Positions 12,480 through 25,313 are shown, numbered from the whole stretch's first letter. The stretch is 63,996 bases of DNA, filler included, from Asterionella formosa (GCA_002256025.1; 26 parts of 26 records of this genome joined end to end with filler, not necessarily neighbours in it), one strand, 5' to 3'. The notes: a model not told the origin generated them from the letters alone. Numbers and translations: made by a program.

Positions 12480-12873
12480 TTATTTCTTTTTCTTTCCCAG
12501 TCCAGCAGCTAGAATGTCATCCAAAGAATCTGCTTTCTCTTGCTTCTTTTTGGGTTTCACTGTCACGTGAGTGGCACTATAGTTTGCGTTCTTCGCCTCT
12601 TCTTCCGCTCGACGTTTCTTTTCTTCTACTTTTGCAAGTAGTGCTGCCTTGTCATTGTCATTACGTTTCAATACGTCTCCACCCTGTTCGTGTTTGCGTG
12701 AGCGAAAAAACATTTTGCTTCTTCACAATGAACCATTCGTTTTATGCAATTCAATTCCCATGTTGTTATTATAAATCAGTATCAGAACCTACCTTACTTT
12801 TGGCATTCGCAGCTGCCTGAAGCTTGGCCTGATTCTTGGCTCGATCAGTTTCACGTTGATTTCCTCGAGACAT
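12480..12873 (-). CDS. SERF / 4F5 family small basic protein, 2 exons, about 94 aa
   Basis: Exon 1 MSRGNQRETDRAKNQAK (12873-12793) is the family hallmark. Intron 12792-12684 (GTAGGT...CAG). Exon 2 begins GGDVLKRNDNDKAALLAK. Confidence 0.85.
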
Positions 12874-13738
12874 GATGTGATACTTGATATAAATGTATTT
12901 AATGAATGAATGAATGGAACCAAGAGGAGAGCGACGAAAAGGTCTGTCCCTTCAGCGAGTTGCTGTTGAGAAGGAAAGCCCCTTTTCTATTGCGCGCTAG
13001 GATGTCTGTTGTTTTTGTTGGTGTGCCTCTCCTTTTGAAACTCACTTTATAACGGTGCAACCAACCACACTCCTAAGAAATGCATGTGGATGGGCGGGCG
13101 ACAGCAAGACGGAAGAAGAAAATGCGGAGGGAAGCGGGAAATCGCAATGCTGATACTCCTACCGGTAGATACGTAACAAGTAATTAAAATACTATGGTCT
13201 ATGAGAACTCTTCAAACCAACGCTTCTGCATCCAGCAAACAATCATGCTTGGTGCGCGAGCCTCCTCAATCTCCACTGCTCCTCATTTACTCCCATCCGC
13301 CCTATGTAGACTACCAGGTACTAGACTACAGCCATATCATGTTGTGCATACACATGTTCGGAGTAGTAAATAAAATAATATGGTACCCTGGTAGGAGTAC
13401 CAGGTACTCTGGGTCATAGTCTTCTAGTACCGTAGTACCGGTACTCTGATAACATAAATTACTGTTCTGAAGCCTAGTGATTTTTGCTTTTGTTGGACTT
13501 GTCCTGTTGTCGAAAGCCTCGTCCTTACTAGCAATACATTACCGGTAGTTTGGTTCTTTTGGTAAAATTCAGGATCATGTATGTACCGGTATATCCGTCT
13601 ATGCTATGAAGAAAAAGGAGCCGAGCAGACAGGTAAGATTAGTGCGTATTAATTATGCTAACTGCCCGCAATTCCCAAAACTTTGTGATCACATGTCACT
13701 ATAAACAAGCAAGACAGAACAAGGTGCACAATAAACGC

Positions 13739-14564
13739 TTAATGGCATCCATATTCATGCTGGCTGACAATTAGTGCAACGATCAACCCATACAGAGCGA
13801 GAGCTTCCGAGAAGATGAGCATAATGAGCATGCTGACAAATAGTTTGTTCTGATCATCGGATCCGCTTACATCGTCACCATCTGCTCCCGACGCCGCTTC
13901 CTCGTTATCCGGAATATTCGAATAGCCTTCTCCTTCCGCTCTGTGCGTAGGAAAGAGTGTAATGGAGGACGCACGGTAGCCGACCGCTCGGACCCCATAG
14001 TCCCCGACGATACCGATGCATCCACCTGCTGCCAATCCCGAAATGCCGCAGCACAAGCCAGCGGCGAGATGAGCCATACCCGAGTAGATCGAGTAGATAT
14101 TTTGACGTTCACCGTTGGGCGTTTGGATCCCTTGTCCGAGGATAACCCCAACAATGAGACCGTAAATTCCAATCACTCCCGCCATGACAATGGGAATGAC
14201 ATTCTTCATGACCGACTTTGGATGCCGAATGCCCGTGTGCAGCATACTCACGCCAGACTTCCACGTTCCCCACTGAGCAGACATGGGAGGTCAAATGGCA
14301 ATGCAACAGGCAGGCAGGTAGTTGGGCAGGCAAGCAAAACGATGGAGGTTAGCAGTCGGAATGCGCATGGAAATCAGAGGCACAGCTACTAGGTGGCAGC
14401 TGTGGCCGCAGACCAACCCGGAGACCGAGCCATTCCGCCACGAACAACGAACTTACCGCGGAACCAAAGTTGCTAAGCACAACAGCGGCAGAAACACCCA
14501 GATATCCGAGACTAACAGCCCATGAAGGACATTGAACTGCTTCGAAATGTGCGTCGGCGTTCAT
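13739..14564 (-). CDS. V-ATPase proteolipid subunit c, copy A, 2 exons, about 213 aa
   Basis: [69 protein letters not shown] with the proton-binding Glu. Intron 14456-14273 (GTAAGT...CAG). Confidence 0.92.
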
Positions 14565-15447
14565 AGCAAAGGATAGAATGTGCAACAAGATTTCTTGTGT
14601 CTCTGTATTACGGGGATCTTGTTGCACTCGACTTTCACAATTTACAAATGTCTTATATTAGTCATGTATCATTATTTCATGCACTCTTTTTTTAATACTC
14701 CAGCTATTTTATACTCCAGTAGACTACTCCCTACTTCTTGCAATTGCTTTTGCCTATCCTCATGGTGTACACAGCACGTGTATACCCTGGTATCCTGGTA
14801 CCAGTACCAGGTACCTGGTAGGGTAATCCTACCAGGTACAAAAATATGTAAATACTGTGTGTACATAACGAGAGAGACTACGGTACTTGGTTCCAGTACT
14901 CGTACATGAATTTGTTTTTGCCATACATTTTTACCTGTTCTGTGCTCCTAAACATACATACCGGTAGTATCATTGTTATATTCTGGCTGTGCGTTGTGAA
15001 ATTTCTTGCTACCAGGGTACCTGGTACGAGGTACTGGGTAGGCAGTTCCTGGATGATAGTAAGAGCAGAGGCCGGTGGTCGGTACATAGCAAGGAGGCAT
15101 CATCATTCTTTAATTAACATAAATTTATATACTTGTAAATGACTCTAAACATGTAACATTTGTATATTTTCAAAGTTACTTAGATATAACCGAGGTTAAC
15201 TCTATTAATATGCCCAGTAGCCGAGTACGGGGTAAACAAGAAAAACATCTCAATTTTCTATGTTGTATTATACCATAATTTTTTTTTAACTGTTTTAGAC
15301 TAACGGTATGTATCTGTTCTGTATAAATTATAGGAGGTGATTTTTATAAGAAGCAAATGGTAACCTGAAAATCTTCCCTTCCATGATGATGATTATATTT
15401 CCAAAGCGATCGAACTTTTTTCGCTGTGATCATCATCAATAATTGTC

Positions 15448-16346
15448 ATGGACAACTACGCCACTTCTGTCACTGCCGGTACAGATGATTGTCCTATCTG
15501 GGCGCCTGCAATGTGAGTTTCATGGATCAAAAATAATTGTCATCGTGAGGAGAACGAGGTGTCAAGGGATCATCTCCCACCATACGCAAGAAAGAGGCGT
15601 TCTCAACGGTCGCTCTCTTCTAGGTACAGTCCGTGTTTTTGATTCGAACTGCAGTTCCCCAACATTTTTTTGACCTAATCCATGCATTTACTCATTTTCG
15701 GATGGAACAAGGGGGTATGCCGGAGCTGCGTCATGTATAATCTTAGCGAATTTTGGATCAGCTTGGGGAACATGGAAGGCCGGACTTGGAGTATGTAGTA
15801 TGGGCGTGAATTATCCTAGGGGTACGTGCTGCGAATGTGTGGTTGTGCTAGTAAGCTAGAGATGCACCCGTTTGACTAACATGCTTCAGTACTGTACTTG
15901 AAGGTATTATTAAGAATATTGTTCCAATTGTCATGGCGGGCGTTCTAGGTATTTACGGCCTAATTGTCGCAGTTATCATTGCACAAGCTATTAGTCCGCC
16001 GAATGCAGATAGCAGTACTTCCTATTCAATCTACAATGGCTGGGCACACTTGGCTGCTGGCCTATGTTGTGGGCTTTCGTGTCTTGCTGCAGGTGGGACT
16101 ATTGGGATCATTGGTGATGTTGGTGTCAGATCCTTTGGCATCAAAGCATCAGCTGGGAGACAATTTTGGAATGCGGATGATGGGAATACGGAAATCAATG
16201 ATACTGCTGACAACTCCGTGGAGGATGCTAACAAGCTTTATGTTGGATTGTTAATTATGCTCATCTTTGCTGAAGCACTGGCATTGTATGGGCTCATTGT
16301 GGCCTTGATTCTGAGCCAGCACTCATACTATTGCAAGCAAATGTAG
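15448..16346 (+). CDS. V-ATPase proteolipid subunit c, copy B, 3 exons
   Basis: [46 protein letters not shown]...[21 protein letters not shown]...[17 protein letters not shown]. Introns 15513-15711 and 15822-15903, with CTAAT and CTAAC branch-like sites. Confidence 0.9.
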
Positions 16347-17099
16347 CCTATACAGTGTGTCAATGGCAATATCAATCATGGTTATATTTGCTGGGCTTAT
16401 CACTTCCTCGTTGAACTGATTGCAGCTTTCACCCTATAGAATGATTTAGAGTTTGTTTCTTTATAATATCTGCTAACAATAATGATGTAATAACAGCAAC
16501 TGAGTGTCTGAGTGAATTTTGTCATTGCTGCATGGTACTCCAAGTACCAGGCACCATGATTGATGCTGCACTTGACAAGTGTACATATTTTAATTATAGA
16601 TATGGATTCTTGAATTTCTCAAAGTATCAGATGTACCTTATTTTCTGTTCTATCTGCCCAACCCAATAATCCAAGTACCAGCGGTATTACCTGGTACCAG
16701 GTTAAGTTAGATAGCAATATTGCTTGATAACTATTAGAGGTTATAAGTTAGTTAGTACATCGAGATAAACATACGAAGGTAAGTTTTTGGACTGCTTCAT
16801 CATTCAATATTAATATATATATGCCTGTATTTAGTTCTGATATCTGGAGCTTAGCCATATCCATAAAGCGCTCGATATAGATCGCTCACTCTCCTATACT
16901 CAAGGAAAAACTTAACTGATGAGAAGGTTTGATAGTACAAATATAATTTTGTTTGGTCATTTGCATGGAATGTTAAAAAGTCGTAATGCCATTTGCATGT
17001 ACCGGTACGTGAATAATAGTAACAGGAACAGAGGTAGTAGCTATGCATGATAACTTAAAGTATGATTCCAGACACAGCCGGCGGCATTCACAATTTCAT

Positions 17100-17620
17100 G
17101 TTCCCTGCCACTACCATTTGGTTTAAAATTGAAGCATAGAAAATGGCACCTAACAGCACGCTCATTTTCTTGATAGATCACAAAAATGTCTTGAGCTATG
17201 CAAAGGCGATCTTGGGTTAGCTATGGTAGAGAAGCAATGCTTGGTATGATCCTCTAATTGATTGTCGAGTCACAATGTTAGTCAAAACCAACCGATCGAT
17301 TAATCTGTGCTCCTGTCATTGTTAATTCAAAGTCCCGTTGCAATGAATCGGTCAATAGAAAGACTGATAGGGTTACCCCTTGGATTTCTAGAAAGCATGT
17401 ACAAAAGAGGAAAATGAACAGGGTTAGCACTGTCATTATGATATCTCCCTTTGTGTGGAATTTCCATGCAAGAGGAAAAGGAACAGGAATAGACAAAAGA
17501 CTCAAACCATTCACTGGATAAAGCGACATGGAAAGTCTTGGTTCTGATGTTCAATACATCATAATCCTTGATCAATGAAATCACCGGGACTCTAGAGTAG
17601 TATCTAGCCAGATTATATTA
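17100..17620 (-). pseudogene. Degraded copy of the gag-like ORF seen at 56368
   Basis: SRVPVISLIKDYDVLNIRTKTFHVALSSEWFESF matches SRVPVIPLIKDYNVLTIKTKTFRVALTGGRFESF at 56368. Lower boundary approximate. Confidence 0.6.
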
Positions 17621-19484
17621 TAAAAATGCATAAGCCTAAATGATTAGTGAATTCATTTAAATAAAAACCAGAAGGTACATTCATGAAATGCTTCATTGTT
17701 CAATTTACCCATTTATTCCATCATTCTGCTGAGTTACAATGTAACCCTATCCACATCATAGCTACTACTCAGGATCGCTCACCAGGTCTTACTACAAGGT
17801 ACTCCTACCAGGGTTTTTTGAATTGCGGTTGAGAAAGCTTAAGTCTGGAATGCTGCCAAGATTTGCTGAGAGATGACAGCCATCAACCCATCATTTTGCA
17901 TCAGTCCATTGGCATCACGAAACAATAAAAATTTAGCTAAGTAAACACCAGACAGATTAGTGTTCTTTTTATAATGATTTTTCAATTGCCCATTTTGTCA
18001 ACAAGAAGACGCTTGAATCCCAAAGGTTGCATTTGTGTGAGGAAGAAGGAGGGAAATGAGGCAAGTAAGAGTACTACTGGCATCCCTGCCCAGCAGTGGG
18101 TGTATGTACTAACTTGAAGTTTGCGTGCCTTGTGGAAGGTCCGGTAAAAGACGGTTTGTATCCCGGGAAACATGAGGCAAAATATCTCAATTTCAGGTCC
18201 TTTTTCTGCACAGAACACATGCTGGTAGCGTACATTGTATTCTTCAACTAGAGTTGACCTGACTAGACCGGCATCATGACCAATTTTGGATTTGACCTTG
18301 TAGTACAGCCCCCATAGATCTTCCGTAGGATCTTGTATTATTTTTAGTTCATTCAATTTATAATATTTTTTCATTATTCTAAATGATTTCGAATGCTGCT
18401 GGCGCGAGCTCCCGAATCCGTCGTGAAAAGGTACGCAATAGCAGTACAACAAGTTTTATGGCCAACTCAGATTTTTTGCGCACTGGTGGATGAATGTTTA
18501 TCATCTTCATTAATTTGCGTCACTTACTCATTTCGCTCACTGCACATTCAATTCCAACAATCAAACCATGTCTGGGAGGCCAAAGACTAGGCAAGAACAG
18601 ACAAGGCTGAAAGGGTCTGGTGACTTGTGATCGTGAGAAGCAATGCCAGTAATGAGCAACGGACGTCCAGAGTCATTGCAATGTGCTCATTTTCTTGTTT
18701 ACTTGTTCTGTTAGAAGAACGGCGCAGAAGACCTCCAAATGATCAGTCTGATTTGTCTCACCAGAAACCAATGACAGCAACAGCAAAAGCAAAAACGAAA
18801 ACGATGAAGTAAGGCAACCAAGACCAAGCACAGCCATTCAGTCAAGTGTGATTACAAAAGAAATAAATGATGTTGAAAATTTAGTGACTCTATCACTGGT
18901 TTCGATGAAGAATCTTTGCGGTTGATACAAGAACTGGAACTTGGCTGGTAACATCAGGGTACTGTTGGAAGAATTGAACAACATGGGAGGGAATGATGCA
19001 AATATCATGATGCACACTCAAAGAATTCTGAGATCAACATTGTATGATGCAAGAAATGACTGCAGGTTGCCAACCCCAACAAAAAGAATTTGGTGGTAAT
19101 TGTAACCATAGAAAGCTGCGCCCAACTTGTCCTTCACCCAGATCTTTAACAACATTGTCAGAAAAAGATGAGCTTCAAGGGATTGCTTCTGTAATTTCTG
19201 ATGCAATCGGTGTTGGAGCAAAGAAGAACATTTCAAAATGGAGAATCATCATGTTAGAGGGCAATGTGGCCAGCTACTCAAGGGTATTGAGTTCAGAAAG
19301 CCAAATGTAAAGAGTTAAAGAGATGAATGAAGTCATGTCTATTGTTGGGGAGATTTGTGGAGAAAATGACTGGGCAAAGGAAGCAAGGTCATCGCTTGCA
19401 AAGACAGTTGAAACCCTGGGTAAGGAGAGAAAGAAGGTGGCAGCTGTAGCCCTGCTTGTAATGGTTAGGATCATTTTTGAAATA

Positions 19485-19605
19485 CATTTCCTGAAGTTTC
19501 CTTAACTTTCCTGAAAGTCATAGGCATTTCCTGAAAGTCATAGTCATTTCCTGAAATTTATAGGATTTTCCTGAGAGTCATTATGCTTCCTGAATGTCAT
19601 AGTCT
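19485..19605. repeat. Minisatellite, about 20 bp x6 (TTTCCTGAAAGTCATAGGCA)
   Basis: Direct reading of successive TTCCTGA cores. Confidence 0.85.
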
Positions 19606-20511
19606 TATGCTGGGTGTTCTCGTTTTTGCAATTAGAAGAATTCCGCTATTTATTTCGCTGAATCGTGCAAGAATGATTAGAAAATGTTCTTTATACGTTA
19701 TGAAATATGTCGATGTCCGGTAACATGTTGTCCGTTTCAGGAAAATGACCACTGGTTGAAGGTACAACAACGAGATGCGGTCATTTTGCTTAAATAAACA
19801 ATTCGATATGGGATTAAAAAGCTAAATTCTTAGTTAAGCAAAATTACCGCAACTTGCTGATACGCACCTGACATGAAGCATTGATGTACCCGTAAATAAA
19901 TAGAGAATTATACTGGATGGTATTTATGACTTACTATGATATTATGAAGTACCAATACCGGTACGAGGTACCAGGTACCTGGTACCTGATGGATGCGCAT
20001 ACATACATGTAAGTANNNNNNNNNNNNNNNNNNNNNNNNNNNNNNNNNNNNNNNNNNNNTTAATTAATTAANNNNNNNNNNNNNNNNNNNNNNNNNNNNN
20101 NNNNNNNNNNNNNNNCTTCACTTACCACAAATTGAGGAAGTAACTGATGCATATTTCTGTAGAAGAATGTGTCAGTCGAAGATTGAATGAGAAGCAAAGT
20201 ATCGATCAATAAATGGGCTCCAACACTGCTGTTTGTAACTTACAATTACTGTTTGTCTACCATTATCCTGAAAGAAGCAACACATATGTGTCAGTTTTTC
20301 TAACAGTTGTAGATTGATCCAAAGATGGCTGATAGGCAGCGCTTACCGATTTCTTTTGTCCACAGCCATTGATGGTTGGCCACCAGTCACCAAATCGAAA
20401 AGGAGCTATTGAATCACTGAAAGCAAGGGGACGAATCATTCCGTAATTGTAATCTCAACAATTGATTGGCCTGGCATATGCTCTTGACATGCTGTGATAC
20501 TATACACAGCT

Positions 20512-20760
20512 TGTTGATTCCGCCCTTCTCCGCCCATCATATTCACTCCTTCTTAGCCGCATCGTGTATTGTCACTTCAGTTTTTCGCATCATGTGTTGC
20601 TTGAGATCCTTCATTTCAGGAAGTGGATACAGCATGACAAGGAACATGAAAGGCATCTGCTCTTGACTTACCATCAATTGATTCCGCCCTTCTCTTCTAA
20701 GCCGCAAGTATCGCTCATTGTGCTTTATTATCACTTTCGTTTTCCGCGTCATCATCTGTG
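20512..20760. repeat. Imperfect direct repeat, two copies about 165 bp apart
   Basis: TTGATTCCGCCCTTCTC...TCACTT...TTTTCGC-TCAT occurs near 20514 and 20678. Confidence 0.6.
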
Positions 20761-21311
20761 TTAATCCTTCAATTCAGGAGCAAAGTGTATGCATGACAAG
20801 GAACCACATGAAAACATGATTTCAAATGTTTCAGCCATGAATACATATATAAAAAGATTTGTAAGAAGTTTAAATGTACATATAGTTGAACATTTGCATA
20901 GTTTGAAACACCCTCATGATAAAGGCACATCCTGTGTATACTTTCATTAATTTTGATTATACATAATTCAAATATATATACAATGCATGAAGAGTTCATA
21001 GTTTTCCACGACCTGTTGAGTTTTTTCAATTTTTTTTGTGTCAATTCTTGTACCTACAAGTCAGTGGCTGATTTAATTAAGCCCCTTAATAAACGGGGGG
21101 AGTCATGACCAATTTTTCAAATGGTCGAAATCATACATTTATGTATATAGACATATTGACCAAAATTCATATGGCCTACCGGTAGTCCTGTATAATTGCT
21201 GGTAATTACTTNNNNNNNNNNNNNNNNNNNNNNNNNNNNNNNNNNNNNNNNNNNNTTAATTAATTAANNNNNNNNNNNNNNNNNNNNNNNNNNNNNNNNN
21301 NNNNNNNNNNN

Positions 21312-22407
21312 CTCGTTTCATCACGTTTACAAATCAAAAATCCGTTGTTGTTTCTGATCGTCATCTTATCATCGTCAAACATAACTTTATTTCCCTTGTC
21401 AATAATTCTCGAAATACTGATAATGTTCTGCTTGAACTCCGGTGCATAGAGCACATTGGTGAGTTTCAACACTTTTCCTTTGTCTGTCGTCGTAAGGGTC
21501 ACCGTGCCTGATACGGTCGCAACAATTGCTGCGCCGTTTCCCACAAGAACAGTTTCACGCACTGCGCGCTTGTCCTCCATGATGCGCTCATCATTGCATA
21601 TATGTACCGTAGCGCCACTATCTAGTAGCCAACGGTCCTTATGCACGCACGTATAATTTACCTCTTCATTGTACCTTGCCTCAATACACGTCACCACGAA
21701 CATTCCTTGCGTAGTAGTATTGGCGTCTTCTCCCTTCTGTTTGATTGGTGCATTTTTTTGATTGTTGCACTCACTGGCATAGTGCCCCATCTTCTGGCAA
21801 TTATAACACTTCACATTCTTTCTCTTATTTCGTTGCTCGGGAGTTAATTCTCTCTTTTCTGTAGTATTGCCCTTGCTTCGGCAATCAACTGCCTTGTGGC
21901 CATACTTGCCACACTTCCTGCAGTCTCCCTTAAACTTGCTTTTTGAAAAGAAGGCCTGCTCGCCATTCTTATTCGTCTTGGTTTCGTCACGCACATACAA
22001 ATCGTAATAGTCGCGTACATTCTTCTTGACCTCTTGGATCGTGAGCTCGGAGCTCGCGAGACCAAATTTTCCAACCACCAAACTCTTGTAGACTTCCGGT
22101 AGGTTGTTGATAACATGGGCCACATAGGCACCATCCGAAATTGCGGAGCTCGTATGACTCAATCGTTCTCGAATTCTATCCAACTCCACAAACCAAATGT
22201 CGGGGTTCTCATTCTCGTTAATCGTGCATTTTGTCCACTGACCTGACAAGGCAATCACATTTGCCATATTACTTGACTCGTACGTAGACACTAACTTGTC
22301 CCACGCTTCCTTCGCATTTCCATTGGGGAACTCTTCACTTCTGGCACCATTTACGTATCCAAATGGTCCACTCTGACATGCCATAATCAAACTTGCATAG
22401 GCAACCG
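21312..22407 (-). mobile_element. Ty1/copia gag-protease fragment, open frame
   Basis: Gag helix region (NAKEAWDKL...INNLPEVY), two CCHC knuckles (CRKCGKYGHKAVDC, CYNCQKMGHYASEC), protease WLLDSGATVH, and LTNVLYAPEFKQNIISIS. Confidence 0.92.
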
Positions 22408-23383
22408 NNNNNNNNNNNNNNNNNNNNNNNNNNNNNNNNNNNNNNNNNNNNTTAATTAATTAANNNNNNNNNNNNNNNNNNNNNNNNNNNNNNNNNNNNN
22501 NNNNNNNTATTTCGATTCAGCATAGAAGGAGATACGAAAATGTGCGTAACAGACTACTGTCCACATAGCTATAGTTATAGAATGATTCTGATTAGAACGC
22601 ATTTCATTTTCATATCGCTCGCTCGTTTCTGCATTTGGTATACTGTACTTGAATTAACTATTGAACTTGTCCGCATCTTTGATACCATCAAGAGAGCGAA
22701 AGCAAGTGGCTCTTTTCATTGTTGTTTGCTCGTAGGAAGAATTTGATATCTGTATCGTCATTTGCTTGTTGGAATTGTCCGTTGCCTCAAACTTGCTTGG
22801 CGTGTGCGTGCACACACTGTCAACTTGTTTTCAATGGTATGTTGTTCTTTGTATTCACTGTTGAACTTGTCCGCATCTTTTTTACCATCAATAGAGCGAC
22901 AAGTGGGTCTCTTCATTGTTGTTTGCTCCTGAAAAAGTCGGTGTCCGTGTCCGTGTCATCCTCATCAATAGAGAGACAAGTTCTTTCGTTGGAAAAATTG
23001 GTACCGTATCATCATTCGCTCGTTCGAACCACTGTCCGTTGCCTCAAACCTGATTAGCGTTTGAGTACCGGTACCCGGTATGTGCACTGTCGACTTTTGT
23101 ACATTACAGGCGGAGTGACTGCGCTACTAAATTGCGTGATATAATAATATACCCTGTAGCATGATGCAGAATACAGTTGCTTCCCAATCATCTCATCATG
23201 ATTGATAAGATGATACTGTGATATCATGATAAGGTTACATCGATGCATACATCACCAAAGTATGATACGTAATATTGAATAAAAAATATCACAGAGCTAT
23301 GATACATTGATCCTAAAATTATGATGATTTTATGAAATATATATGATATAATTTTGATCAAAATATGATCATGTAAAAATAGT

Positions 23384-23603
23384 ACAATGACAATAAAATA
23401 CGATAAAATATGTACGCAAGTGTTATCGATACATCACAGAATAAAAATCAAGCAATCATACATAAAGTATGTTAATTAATATATGTGTTTGTTGTTTAAT
23501 GTATACAGTTAAACTCAACAGTTAATATGATAGTATTATACAGTGGATAGGATCTAAGTATACGGATGCGTTGATATGTACATCACTATATTATGATTTG
23601 TGA
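23384..23603. repeat. Dispersed repeat family X, copy 1
   Basis: Near-identical to 42611-42770 and the reverse complement of 32813-33027. Preceded by a TATGAT-rich tract (23200-23380). Confidence 0.9.
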
Positions 23604-23790
23604 NNNNNNNNNNNNNNNNNNNNNNNNNNNNNNNNNNNNNNNNNNNNTTAATTAATTAANNNNNNNNNNNNNNNNNNNNNNNNNNNNNNNNNNNNNNNNN
23701 NNNTGGATCAAAAATATGATCAAGGTATCTTGTATATATGATAATTTTTGGATCAAAAATATGATCATGGTATCTTGTAACTATGATGAT

Positions 23791-25183
23791 TTATCTTAAT
23801 ATTTTACCGACCTTGAAGTATAATGGTAATGAATTTGTGTCGTTATCGAACAAACTCAGTGCGTTTTCAATGGTTTGGTCCATGTTAAAGTACTTGTAAT
23901 TGGCAAGGCGCCCAGCGAAGGTAACCCCGTGTTCCTTCGCAGCCATATCTTGATACTTTTTGAACAAACCCTCATTCTCTGGGTTAGGAACCGGGTAGTA
24001 CGGTTCCCCGCCATCCTTGCTGTATTCGTAAAAACAAAATTGTGTGATCCGACTTTTGATTCAAAAAGTGCTTGTATTCGACAATTCTTGTATACTTTGT
24101 AGTTGCATTGGGATGATTGACCACACCCTTGGGTTGAAAGTAATCAGTATTCTTGACGACTTTGCGTTCAAAGTCCAATGAACGATACTCCAATTTATCC
24201 CAACCCAAATCAACAAAGTACCTATCAATGGGTCCAGTGTAATACACTTTTCCACACTTGAGCCGGTTCCGTACTTTGAAAAAGTCAGTACTAGTCTTTA
24301 CGGTAATGAGTGGGTTGTCCATCATCTTTTCAAAAATGGCAGTGTAACCATTGGTAGGCAGGGCCTGGAATGGATCAGCAAAGTATCGGCCATCGTGATT
24401 GTTCCGCACAGGGATGCGAGCTGTCACTTCTGGTCCCAGATCTCTTGGTTCCTTGGCCCACTGCTTAATCGTGTAGGGATGAAAAATGAGTTCGTAGAGA
24501 CGTTGGCCAACTCTTGACAGGGCCATTTCTTCCGAGTTTTTTGGGTTGTCGAAAAGAACTTGTTCTTTCTTTAGCCACTCGTCCATCTCCTGCTCATTGT
24601 TGATGGTGAGACCAAACAATTCATTGACAGTATCTATGTTGACAGGAACTGGAACATGCTTTCCATTCACAAGAGCGAGTACTTCATGCTCGTACTTGGT
24701 CCATTCACTGAATTGCTGTACATAATTCCACACTCTCGGATAGTAGGTATGGAACAAGTGTGCGCCATACTTGGAGACGCGAATGCCAGTTTCTTTATCA
24801 ATGTAATCATAGCAGTTCCCAACAATGTGATCTCTGCGCTCAATAATCAGAGAGGTTTGGTTGCGCACGTTGGCATAACGCTCTGCAATGACCGTTCCAG
24901 ACAAGCCAGCTCCAACAATGCAAAGATCATGATAGTCGTTCAAGGACCTTGTGGAGTACCGGTTGTCCGCCATGTTGGAAACACTGCTCCTGAAATTGGT
25001 GAAATCGCAGTTCAAAGAATTTCTACCGCTCAGTAAAAGCAAGACACCAAAAAGTGAGGAGTAGACGATTTTTTTCTTTGTTGACAAACCGACAAGAGGT
25101 AAGCGCTTGTCCTTCTTATAGCGCAACAGGGGCGCAACATCGTCGCCAGCGGCGATTTCTCCGACGCCGTTTCGCGAGTGCAT
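23791..25183 (-). pseudogene. glf: Bacterial-type UDP-galactopyranose mutase with N-terminal membrane segment; +1 frameshift near 24030
   Basis: CIVGAGLSG, YGAHLFHT, YTIKQW, RYFADPFQALP, YTGPIDRYF, LEYRSL, TRIVEYKHF. Removing one T from the T5 run at 24030-24034 restores FYEYSKDGGEPYYPVP...GRLANYKYFNMDQ to the stop at 23791. Confidence 0.85.
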
Positions 25184-25277
25184 GATAGCAAAGTACCTAA
25201 GAAAACTGTTCAGAATTTACAACAGCAATCGGGTTTACGAGAAAAATAATTTTTAATCGCGAGACGACCAGTTCGTG

Positions 25278-25313
25278 TGAGGGTTAGGGTTAGGGTTAGG
25301 GTCAGGGTCAAGG
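25278..25313 (+). repeat. Interstitial telomere-type repeat (TTAGGG)3 with degenerate flanking units
   Basis: TGAGGG TTAGGG TTAGGG TTAGGG TCAGGG TCAAGG. Confidence 0.85.

Noticed and set aside
12272..12820. 182-aa plus-strand ORF
   Set aside because: Antisense to the spliced SERF gene with no recognisable motif.
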